Shown here: positions 1-36,998 of the stretch, piece after piece
How the letters are laid out: each line of letters opens with the position of its first letter
How positions within the stretch are numbered: position 1 is the stretch's first letter
DNA from: Phoronis australis
Taxonomy: Eukaryota > Animalia > Phoronida
Length of the DNA stretch: 64,000 bases
Direction of reading: 5' to 3'
Assembly (NCBI GenBank): GCA_002633005.1
Contig: NMRA01000759.1
Coordinates: 61,976 to 125,975, forward strand
The notes under the pieces: generated by a model
The model's database searches: none
The model's input: only the letters and a program-made list of their open reading frames with translations
What the model was told of the DNA's origin: nothing
Made by a program: the position numbers and the translations under genes

Positions 1-120
1 CCAAAATGTGGCTGACATACCAAAATGTGGCTGACATACCAAAATGTGGCTGACATACCAAAATGTGGCTGACATACCAAAATGTGGCTGACATACCAAA
101 ATGTGGCTGACATACCAAAA
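1..120. repeat. 19-bp tandem minisatellite (CCAAAATGTGGCTGACATA) x ~6, truncated by the window start
   Basis: Identical head-to-tail units are directly visible. Confidence 0.95.
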
Positions 121-438
121 TCAGATCATCGCTTTTTTACCTCAAAGTCAAGGAAGAGTTTTATCGCTGTATATTCCGGTTCAGCCCTATTCCAACTTCT
201 CCTACAGACATTTTTAATTTATAACACGGTTAGCCCTTGCCTGCGATTCCATTGTTATGATTGTCACATGACCATGTGAAGTGGCTCCACGAGAGACTAT
301 ATATATAGTCTTGTTTGCTTGGTTGGAGAATAAATTTTCACGGATGCTAAGGAATCCTGTTACTAACCAAGTGCACCTGGACTTTGCATTATGGTAACAC
401 TGCACCAAGTGAATTTATATTGACAAGTGAAATTATCA

Positions 439-2190
439 TTTTATGCGCCGACATATTTATATGTGGACGCATTATGCTGTCATCTCCGTCCAGGCAGCAT
501 CCGTCTGGGCAGCGTCCGTCCGGGCAGCGTCCGTCCGGCATCCGCTGCTCTATCTCCAAACCCTTTGACATGCATTCATGAAATTTTGCATATATGTTCC
601 ATTCATGAATGGGACGGCATGAGCGAACTTTCGGACGGATCTGACTACCAGCTTGTGCCTCCTAGTAGCAATTTTAGTTTTTTACACTTACCTTGTATCT
701 TCAAAAGTCCTGAACGGATTTTCATGAAATTTGCTATGTAGGCACCTATTAGTAAAATGAGGCTATCCTCCTGTTTTCGGATGGATTTGACGTAGTTTGT
801 GCCACCTAGTGGCCATTTTTACTGTTTTTTTGCATCCACCACTCTATCAACCAAACCGCTCAAAGGATGATTGTGAAAATTGGCATGTATGTGCTTTCTA
901 TGAAAAAGGCAGTTGACGATGATTTTCCGACAATTTTGACTTCTGTGGCGCCTCCTTAGTGGCAGTTTTGTTTTTTTTTTGCTCGTATGGCTGTATCTCC
1001 TAAACCGTTCGCAGGATGTTTACAAAATTTAGTGAGTATATTTATATGATGTTAACAACAGACGATGACGACTTTTGGACAGATCCGACTACCGGTGTGC
1101 CCCCTAGTGGCAATTTTATTTTTTTACATTTACCTTTTGTATCTTCAAAAGATTTTCATGAAATTTACTATGTAGGCGCCTATTAGTGAGGTGACGCTAT
1201 CCTCCCGTTTTCGGATGGATTTGACGTAGTTTGCGCTACCTAGTGGACATTTTCATTGTTTTCGAGTCTGTTTTTTTGTGTCCACTCTTCTATTAACCAA
1301 ACCGCTTAAAGGGTAATTGTGAAATTTGGCATGTATGTGCTTACTATAAAGAGGACCGTTGACGATGATTTTCTGACGGTTTCAACTACTGTGGCGCCTC
1401 CTAATGGCAGTTTTGTTTTTGTTGCGCCTATGGCTGTATCTCCTAAACCCTTTGCAGGATCTTTACTTAATTTAGCAAGTGTATTCATTATGTGATGTTG
1501 ACTACAGATGACGACGACTTTCAGACAGATCTGACTACTGCTGTGCCCCCTAGTGTCAATTTTAGTTTTCTACATTTGACTCGGTATCTTCAAAGGTCCT
1601 CAACAGATTTTCATAAAATTTTAAATATAGGCATCTATTGGTGTGATGATGCTATCTGCCTGTTTTTGGATGGAATCGAGGTATTTTGCACCACCTACTG
1701 GCAACTTTTGCTGTTTTCAAATCTTATTTTTGATGTCCATCCCTGTATCAACCAAATCATTTGAAAATTGGCATATATGTTCTCAGTGTGAAGACGACCT
1801 TTGATAATGATGACTGATTTCTGTGGCGCCTCCTAGTGGTAGGTTTGTTTTATGGCGATAGTTTTATCTCTTAAACCCACTGCAGGATCTTTACTAAATT
1901 TAGTAAGTGTATTTATATGAAGATAACAACAGACGACGACCACTTTCAGGCAGATCCAACCGACACTGTGCCCACTAGTGCCAATTTCGTTTTATTCTGT
2001 TTTCCTTTGTTTCTCTGAAGTTCCTTGACTGATTTTTATGAAATATGGCATGTTCCTGTTTTTGGATGGATTGTAATATGTTTTTGCGCCATCTAGTTTC
2101 CATTTTTATGATATATATAAACAACCCTAAAACCACACCATTTGCTATGCTTTCGTGGGCGCATTTCAACGCTCCGCGTTGCTCTTGTTT
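439..2190 (+). mobile_element. Non-autonomous Helentron/DINE-1-like (HINE) element with internal ~145-bp tandem repeats
   Basis: 5' T-run and subterminal hairpin TATGCGCCGACATATTTATATGTGGACGCAT, then a (CGTC)n microsatellite at ~487-540 and central repeats (~437-bp trimer). The 3' inverted subTIR GTGGGCGCAT (2156-2164) is followed by the stem-loop CAACGC-TCC-GCGTTG and CTCTTGTTTT. A second copy lies at 7408-8484. Confidence 0.75.
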
Positions 2191-3649
2191 TATAAAAGAT
2201 GGCCAAATAAATTCTATACCATTTTCAAGGTATATGCCGTAACTACCTTCAATGTTTCTGAAAAATTGTAGACTTTGAAAACAATGTAAAAAGCTTTTGA
2301 AAAATGGAGAAAGACCAATTTTGACATTTTTTGGCTGAATTTGTTGAGATTTTGTTGTAGTTTGTTTGATATGTCTCATTTGTTGAGTTATGAAATGATA
2401 TACATGTGGTTAGTTTTCAAATGCATAATTTACACTATTTCAGTGGTCCCAAAGCTAACAGTGGTTCTATTATATGTACGTTATAACTGACTGATATTTG
2501 AGCGTGCAGGTCTCATGATATAATATAGAATAACTGCTTATTGCGTGTGTGTGTGCATTGCTTTGTAACACATTTCAGAAACGACATAGCTTTTGCAAAA
2601 CTTTTCATCGACAAGGTATTTGGGTGAGAACAGTGCACTGTTTTCAAGCTCTAAATATGATTCTGACACCAATTCTGACCAAACTTTTCTGTAGTCAGCA
2701 TGTGACAGAGCCCTCTGCTTAATACATTGTCTAGTTTTTAATTGAAACAATTTCTTTCTGGTTTGACAGGCAGTTTGTAAAGTTAGCTTATTTTGCCTTT
2801 GGAACTTTACAGATGATTCGCTATTGGCTTTCGTGTCGCATGTCTCTCTGCTTAAACCTGGCCAACTTTTCTCGTAAATCTGCATAGTTGCTGCAGATTA
2901 CTTGAAATTGTCTTACTTCTCACGCTGCTTAGCAACATCTGACTGTTCTAGCTATATGTAAAACATGCGGTTCTCTGCTTTTATTTTGGTGTTGAAGTTT
3001 TCTGCACTCGGTGGTTGCTGTTGCTGGTAGCTGCTTACAGTAAAATCTGGCATATGTGACACTATTGCTGACTATTTAATTTAAAAATGGCCGAGTATTG
3101 TGAAAAAGCCAGAAATTTACTCTAGTTGGCCCTAGTGAAGGTTCTGTTCTACCAAAGTTATGTGTTCAGATAGAGCCATAAAACAAGAAGGTTTCTATTC
3201 ACAATCTAAGTCTGATGATGAAAAGATCACCGATCCTACAATAGAACCACCTAGTGAGTACCGAGTTTCCCATTTGAATTTTATTGATTCAGAAGATTGA
3301 CACATGGTTGATTTTGACATTGATTGTATTAAGAGTCAGAAAATGAGCTTGGAAATTCATAAAATCGTCAAAAATATCTGACGATAAGTTACCATGCATG
3401 CCCATAGGGTGCAGTATTGAGGTGAATGATCATTTTAAAATAATATAAAAGTAATATTTTGTTGTTGATCGTCATTCTTAAATTTGAGACGCACAATATT
3501 CCCTCTTTCTGAAATTTGGTTCAAATGCTGACAATGAGCCAATCTCCAAACTGTACATTTTTTTACCACAATCTATGCGGTTTTTGTTTATGGAGTGGAA
3601 ATAGGGATCAATTTAACTTACTTCTGGCATTTTCCATCTCTCCATATAG

Positions 3650-19609
<15,960 letters not shown>

Positions 19610-22600
19610 TGTCATGGGATGTTCAACAAAAGATTCCTCATTTAAAGTTAATGCCATCAAAGTTATTTGAAGCTGATCCAATGGTTGATTACATCATCTG
19701 GCCCTGTGACCAGACAAACAATGTCTGACATGGGCCCTAAATGTGCCATATTTGTATGCTGTCACTCCCAGGCAATGCCATTATTTTTGTATTCAGGTGC
19801 AGTATATATTATAACAACACAAATTCTCTGAAAAAGAAAATTTGTTTCTTACATTGGGGCATGAAATTGTATAAGTCCAAGACTTAGAAAATCGTTCTCA
19901 GCATTTCATGGAAATAAAATTTTTTAGTCTTTTATCTGTGCCTTACTTTGTATATGAGATGCCAAACACAGTGTTCCCCTGAAAAGGTCATTTGACCTCT
20001 CAATTGTAAGATGCTTCACGTATTATTGTAGTGACGTGGACTAAAACCACTGGAATTGTGTATTGATATATTTTCTCCATTCATAATTCGTCCAGACAAG
20101 TGCAGTCATTTGCTTGTTTGAGTACACTGTGCACTTTCAGTACACACCAAATGCATTCGAACAAAATGACCTAGAATTCCTGTCATAAATACTGGGCAGA
20201 AGACGAATTCACCGTGGTAGTAGTCTTCCCTCATGACTTAGAATGAAAGGGGTTGAACAGGACAGTTATTAACTTATTAGGCCATTCTGTAAAAATGCCA
20301 GAGTCAAGGGTCATTTTTTCTGTAAACAGAGTTAGCCATCATGATGGAGAAACGACATTTTGTCTACTTTTCCTGTACTGTAACAAATCATAAACATTAC
20401 AGACAGGCTTTGAGAAATTTTTAGGGGTCATTATCAGCACTTCAGTCAATGGCCAAAATGTGCATGACTAATGAATAAATGATTTATAGGAACTGGCTCA
20501 TAAATTTCTCTGCCTAAAGTAATATGTATATAGTAGTCAATAGATTTCAAAGGCCAATTAATATATGCGCGTGACCTGGGGGGGCATGTTTTGTACCGAT
20601 ATGTAAATCAAGGGCTGGATTTTCATCTATTTGGACAACTTATAGGTTTCCGATTTAATCCCTTGTCCACAAAAATGATACCCTTTTTCATGAATGTTCA
20701 TGCAGGTGTATACTATCCTTTTTTCACAAAAAAATGCTCTACAAATGATACCCTTTTCACCAGCACCGGCCGGGTTAAGATAGGGTATACAATTTGGGAC
20801 ACTTTCCATGAAACTCTCCCAAGGTTTTGTGACTCTTGTTGAATATGACCCTTTTTTGCAAATCTCGTGAATTGGAGACTCAGTAGTGAACCAATTGTCA
20901 GGTCACGATGGCTTTGATCTGATATCTTTCATTCGCGTTTTTCAGTGAGAAAAGTATTGGCTTGGGAAAGACAGTTTGCACTTGTTTAGCTATTCTAGGC
21001 TGTGCTTGGAAAATATCTCGGCCAACTTAGGAACCACTGCCGGGTTTGACGGTTAGGTTTCTGTTCACCGTCATGCTGTATAGATTTCATAACGTTGCCA
21101 CACACCCAAAATATACTGACGAGCGACATCCCCCCCCTTCCAGTGCACATCACTGCATGTCCTCGCGTTTTGTTAGGAGACACCCAAATCAAGCGTTGTA
21201 TTGTCAGCGTTACATGCACACAAGAGTAGAAATGCACATAGTTTTCTGGTCAGCATTGGTTTACACATCTTTCTTGCATCGTCATACCCTAGGATTTTCC
21301 GCAAATGAGCACCCCATTCTGCCGCCAAACTTTCCCGATAATAAACTGACTCCTATGATTTTTTCAGGGGATCAGAATTAAAAATTTGGAAAATGTTTTG
21401 GTTTAATGTATGCAACGTCAGCCACTATCAAACAAAAAGAATGACCAAGAAAAAACATTGTTCGTTAAAAGTTGTTTCAGCACATTTTTGACGTCACAGT
21501 ATCATTGCCACATTCCCTTAACAACCTCATAATTGGTTCTCACTCCCCGTTGACCACGCTTACACATTTCCTTTCAACAGGTCTCTTGATTCCGAAAGTA
21601 CGCCCGGGATTACATTTGGGCAACAAAGGTAAAATATGTCGTTTTTCGAACATACATGACACGCCTTATAGGTTTTTTAAAAATCCCAGTGACGGTGTCT
21701 TAACGGAGTCCTGGTTGCCATGCAGTGTTGGTTTGTGGCAAACGTGTGGGACCTCTCTTGTGATTGTAAACCTCTGACTTCCTCAGTCGGCCGATACGAC
21801 TTCTTATGTGAGTTTTGGAGACCCGCATGACGGCAACATCCCGTTGCTCCCAACTTGTTCGATTGTATAGCCCAACAACAAGTTGGGAAGTTTACCCCCC
21901 CCCCCGGCCCGTAGCCAATTAACTCCATTCTGGCGTTCATGGTTGGAGGGCCTCTGCTCTTTTGTTTGATAATTGGTCTAATCTCCGATCAGATCGTATC
22001 TAGCCTGACTGGGGTGGGCTGATAAAAATGAAAGTTAAGTTAAGCCAGATATTATCGCACGTTCAGCACCCTCACGTCTGGAAAAGTTATTGAACGACAG
22101 GACGCTGTAATGTTTACAGGCATTCAGACTGATCGTGTACATGTAGGTCTTCGTATGCGACAATTGCTCCAAAATTGTGTCGGAGCACCTAATCGCGTTG
22201 TAACAGGAAATTCACTATTGACTAGGGGACGCATTGGCTAGTGAAAGGGGAAAGTTTGGCCGGCACATGTCAAAGCTCGATCACGTCTAACTTTACAACT
22301 CAGCGTGTGGCCGGTAGCCATACGCAAAATCTTCTGTTTTCTTATTTTTGACACAGGTAATTGCTGTTTTTTCTCAATTACTCAAACGAGCAAAAGGCTA
22401 AATATTGATGTAACGCAAACATTTACAAAGTGGAGAAAGTGTCTCGTGTACACAAACCTATAATCGTGATCTAAGGAGCCTGGACCTCCCCTTCGGGCCT
22501 TCGTGAGCCCTCAAGCATTCTTAATTAAGCCGGAAAGTCTCGCGGTTAATGTTATATAGGTACTAGTTACCAAAATCTCTACAAAACTATAGTTTTAACT

Positions 22601-23301
22601 TAGTAAAAATCAATTTCTTAAAGTAGAATGCTTGAAGAATTGAATTTTTGACTTACTATTGTGTATTGATCTTCCATCGGTTGGGTGTATTGATGATGGC
22701 TTTTAGGAAATTTATCAAAAGCGGAAAGTAAACCGATACCAAAACAACTGTATCAATAACATGGCAAAAATGTCCAAGATGAAATATTAAAAACTCTTAA
22801 AATATTTCGTGTGTTCATTTTGTTTTCGTTTTGCGCAACTTTTCATTTTCTTCTTGAAAATCTACGGAATTTTTATAGCCCCTCATACTAAAGTGGAACA
22901 TTTTAAAAACTATTCTTACAGCGTTTTCCATATGAATCCGATTACTGATTTCTGAGATGTGATGTTCCGAAGTTGGACGAAATTGAACATTTTTCTAACC
23001 ACCCATAACTTCCATTAGACATCGACAGTTTTAACTGATAATTAAAAATATCAGTTAAATTGTAAGATTCAAGGTTTTATTTACATTTTGAACAGGGGCA
23101 TAATCTCTGACAACTGCAAACTAAATATGCTTAGGCCTAGGCCTACATGTACATGGTTGCAGGAGTGACGACTTCGACCAGCTGCCCTTTCCCAAGGGAC
23201 AAATTTGTCCGTATCTCCTTGACCCGATTCGCTGCTCACTAACTGTTCTAGAAATACATGTACCGCTAAAATCTGTCTTTACCGACCATCGGGCCGGAAA
23301 C

Positions 23302-32771
<9,470 letters not shown>

Positions 32772-34282
32772 TATAAAACGAACTGCTTCACCAAACTATT
32801 CTTAAAAACACTTTTGTTGATGGCTTGTATGTTTCCGAAATAACAATGAAAACACATTGTAGATTCGTTTATTCATTTTGTTTTTGAGAAAGCAATTGTT
32901 CTCCAAAAGACAAAGTTCAATTCATGATTCGGGATCATATCCTAAATTTTTTATGTAGGAGCCTTGAGAAATTTCAACTCGGAACATCGAGCCTCAGAAA
33001 CAGGAGATCGAATTCATATGAAACTTTCAGATAACGTGCCTTCATACGCTGTTCTTCAAATTGACCTAAAATGTTTCTACTTTGTTTGACGGGTTATGAA
33101 AATCGGACTTTTAATGGTTTTCATGAAAAACTTCAATAATCAATTGCATTAGCCAAAACAAAACAGAAAATATATACCGGTGCTTTTAATGAATTAAACA
33201 TTTGATCAATACGCATACTTTACGATAAGGTCCAGTACATGACTGTAAACCCGCTTTCCACGACAAAACCGTGCCAGTCCGCATCTGAGCTTGTTGTGCT
33301 TTGGACCATACACTACAGATTGTCTTCACTTGATCGTGGCGTTTTATATACGGAGCATGGTCTCTGTGAGTCAAATAATATTATGAGCTGCCAGTTCTTT
33401 GGCCAAGCTGTCAAAAACTGAGTAAGAAACAAGTTGAGACCCGGCGGCAAGTGACCTAAATCAAAATGCGCAACGGTTTTATATCACTACGAATGATGAA
33501 GAACAAGTATTGTCGCAACTGTTACAAATAAATTCAAAAATTTGTTTTATCCATAAGTGTACTGAGTCCAGGCCTGTGGTATCAGCATGCCACGAAAAAA
33601 GGTTTGCGAATAGCAGAGTTCGAGAGTTTAAAAGGAAGCTGATAACAGGTGCTCTATGATATGTAGCTGCGCCTCACGAAAAGATGGGCACGGCCTTCTT
33701 GGACAATATAAAGTTTTTGCTTTTTCCGACGTAGGGAGTTTTACCGCGAACACTGTGGTCCTCATATTCGCAGACTAACCTCCAACGATTTGACACATAA
33801 GTCTAAATGATAACTTGAGACACGATGTACATTGATCATGTTTTGCCTCTATGCCTGACTGTAATAAGAACGTTTATTGAAATCACGGCTGAATACCCCA
33901 TTTTTGGGATTGCTGCCGGGGTGGGATAGACTTCTTTAGATAACCAAGGTCGTTAACTTCGTTAGTTATACGCTAAAAATACTGCTCTGCCATTTATCGA
34001 ATGAGGCCGGTCGTATATGGTTCCGCCAGCGGAGTGTTAGACGGCTGCTGCGAGAGTTACAAGTCTATGATTCCACGGGATTTCCGGCGGATTTCCAATT
34101 TCTGTGACGAAGTCCATGTCGTCTCCGGCAAAATTACGATCTCATCGCTTGATCAGTCCGGGAGGGTCGAATTCCATATCGGTCAAGGGCGGAACCGTTG
34201 TCAGAGATGATGACTAAAACGCAAGAAATCAGGTTGCGGTTGCCGGCATGAGTACCTCCAGGGCCTCCACCCTTACAAACAT

Positions 34283-34410
34283 GAACTTAAGTTTTCGCTG
34301 AAAACCTAAGTTTTTAGAAAATAACTTAAGTTTTAGAGGAAAAACTTAAGTTCTTCCGAAAAACAAGTTTTTAAAAGAAACTTAAGTTTTCCTGACTTCT
34401 TAAGTTTTGC
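34283..34410. repeat. ~20-bp tandem repeat built on palindromic AAACTTAAGTTT
   Basis: About 6 copies of AACTTAAGTTTT variants. Confidence 0.75.
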
Positions 34411-34722
34411 ATGGACCTCACGGGCTGAACCCCGATTGCACACACCTGGGCATTCATGAACTCCATGTGCGCACCCAGCGAGGGGCTCGAATTTTTTAGA
34501 ATGAGGACCTTTACTAAAAACAAACAAAATAATAAAAAAGAAATAAAAACGGGAATGAATTGACCTATCTACATTATTATGACTGATGGCTTAACAGACC
34601 AATCAGAATGCAGCATTCTTGACACATCTTCGTCTGTGTTTCCAAGCCGCCATTTTACCCGACAAACACGTTGTCGCGTAAAACATATTTTAATCTATAG
34701 CTTAAGAAATTGTACGATACGA

Positions 34723-34910
34723 ATGGTGAAACGGTGTTCATATGGCGTGTGTAATTCTGACAGCCGTTATACAGCTCGAGAAGAATATTCCGTCAGTTTT
34801 TGGGCATCTTCAAAGCCGAAAAGTGCGTGAACGGCCACACGAGCAACTGAACTTGTCAATGTTGCTTGATTACTCGAAGGTTAAACACAAATATATTTGT
34901 TCCAAGATAC
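34723..34910 (+). pseudogene. Degenerate THAP zinc-finger ORF (transposon-derived)
   Basis: MVKRCSYGVCNSDSRY...F...KPK, then in another frame RPHEQLN...KYICSK. Matches the C2CH THAP pattern of invertebrate Harbinger/ISL2EU-type transposases; internally deleted and frameshifted. Confidence 0.65.
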
Positions 34911-35859
34911 ACACTTTTCTATTTGGTGGCTATAGTGTAAGCCTATCTGATTTTGACTCCGAAGTTTCACTCGTCTGGCCGCCTTTGTCTCGGCACCTGC
35001 TGGATCCCAGCACTAGTCTCGCTGTATCCCTGGGAAACTGTTGTTTTTAAGGACATTTTTATTATTTTTCATTTATTTCCACCTAATAGACATCGTTTCG
35101 TTTCGTAAAAGCCGTAGGCTGGCGTTCAAGGGAAGTTATCTCCAAAACTGAGAGATTCGATCGACACACGGAGGCCCGGGGCACAGGATTACTGAATTCA
35201 AAGCCTTTACAGTGTAGTTGTTCGAGCTGTTGTCACGAAAAAATAAACAGTTGAAATACTTTGATGAGAATCTCTAATATACCCTTTGCCTGTAGAGTTA
35301 GAGAGAGCTCATTTTGAAGTTGTTCCAACATGATATTTAAATTTGTGAAGCTTTAAAGAAGAATTTGAGTTATTTTTTAAATAGCCATTTTTGCCACTAC
35401 ACCAGACTTGTCATCTTTTGTAACCATACCACAGCTCAGTGTTCATGCTACATTTAAAATTAACTGAAAGCTATCTCTATGCAATGAAACTACAAAAAAA
35501 TATGAAGTCTAACTTAAATGTCTTTATGGTGCACAGAATTATGGCCAATTCCATGGTTTATTTGACTTTTGGACACAGCTCTGGACCTACCGGAGCTAAC
35601 TGCTTGCCTAGGATAAGATGAGTATGTGTCTAGGCTACCGACCTGATTTTTTTAACTTAAATATTTCGCTCGAAGATCAGAAAAGTATAAGCAGTGCTAT
35701 CAACTACACTAGACCTACTTTGTTTGGAGTATACAATCAGTTGTTACCTACTTTTCAGACGGCAGAATAAAAATATCGGCGAATATTCAGTAGTCTAATT
35801 TTGTTCGAAATATCCTGAAATCTATGGCATCGTACAGATAATTCGACTTTATAAGGTAA

Positions 35860-36060
35860 ATACGCAGCTTTACATGAACATATCCGATCAGTGGCCTTGT
35901 CAGTTTTCAAGTGAACGTGAACCCGTGTGGGGTTCTTCAGATTTCCGGCGCTGGCTCCGAAATATTTTTCCTCGAACACTTTTTTTCATCGTCGCAGCTT
36001 TACAAATTCCCAAGTCATGAACGTTCGATTCTCATCTGAAAAGTACCTCCTGTTGTCTTT
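35860..36060 (-). pseudogene. Degenerate SWIM-finger-like ORF fragment (possible ISL2EU/YqaJ-type ORF2)
   Basis: Minus strand reads KKVFEEKYF...PTRVHVHLKTDKATDRICSCKA, convergent with the THAP fragment. Recognised by motif only. Confidence 0.35.
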
Positions 36061-36277
36061 GTCAAAGCGTTTTCGGAAAGTGCAAAAACACCCATCAATT
36101 CTACCAGGAACGTCGTTTAGCTACTGTCTATTTGCCTCTGACACCTTGCTTGTTTGTCGGGTGACACGTGACTTTTCGCAAGGAAGCGGAGCTTGCGATG
36201 AAGGTCAATTATACATTCGCCAAGTCCCGATTGTTTTAATTTCCATAGAGAGCTGAATTACGCTAGTACTTATTAAT

Positions 36278-36395
36278 CATGGGCGGCGCACTATAGGGAT
36301 CTGGGGGGGGGGGGGCCCTAGNTATAAGCGGTGCACCAAAAGGGGGCTGAGGGGCTTTAGCCCCCACTATTTTCTTCAGTGCTGTGCCGCCCATG
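36278..36395. mobile_element. MITE with CATGGGCGGC TIRs; related copy at ~23802-23868
   Basis: TTAAT|CATGGGCGGCG...TGCCGCCCATG|TTAAG (5-bp flanks match 4/5). Confidence 0.7.
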
Positions 36396-36487
36396 TTAAG
36401 TAATGTTTTGTTCTATAGGCCTAAAACAGGTTTAGTATGATTTTGGTAACCTAATATGCTAGTTTAGTGAGAAAATCATACCAGAAG

Positions 36488-36760
36488 CAGGGGCGGATCC
36501 AGGATTTTGAGTTGTGGGGGGGGGGGCAGGGCACATGAATAATGAATAACCAGAATCTCGATTTTTGGTTTGCGAACCTTTTGACTAATAAAAGAAAAAA
36601 AACGTAAACGGGTTTGTTCACGGCTTATGCATTCTTTCTTCACCCCCGAGCCCCCCTCAGTGGTTGCGCGCATGTACTAGTCAGCAATTCGCACCCGAAC
36701 TGCCAAATGATATCTGGTAGAATTTTAGGGGAGGGCATGTCCCCCCTAAATCCACCACTG
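36488..36760. mobile_element. MITE with CAG(G/T)GG(C/T)GGAT TIRs
   Basis: AGAAG|CAGGGGCGGATCCAGG...CCTAAATCCACCACTG|CGAAG (5-bp flanks match 4/5). Confidence 0.6.
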
Positions 36761-36998
36761 CGAAGCTGAGCCCTTCAAGTCATGAGCTGCAAGATGTTGC
36801 CGTCACTGTTGTAGCAGACGGATTTTTCTCTTGGCCGGTGTTTGGCGATCGGTTAACCCAGTTCTTAGAGGGCGCCACGATCAGTTATTGGGACGAGGGC
36901 ATCGGTGTTGTAAGTACAACAATCAAGACAGACTGAACGAAAACGTTAGTAGTTTTGCGGCTCTGGATCAGTGAAGCGTGTATCGAAACTGCTGCACG

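Noticed and set aside
1-120. CRISPR-like regular repeat
   Set aside because: Head-to-tail units with no spacers; a simple minisatellite.
384-2379. ORFs of 60-134 aa within the first repeat element (also at 7334-8121)
   Set aside because: They lie in a non-coding HINE repeat, are not kept intact between copies and show no Rep/helicase motifs.
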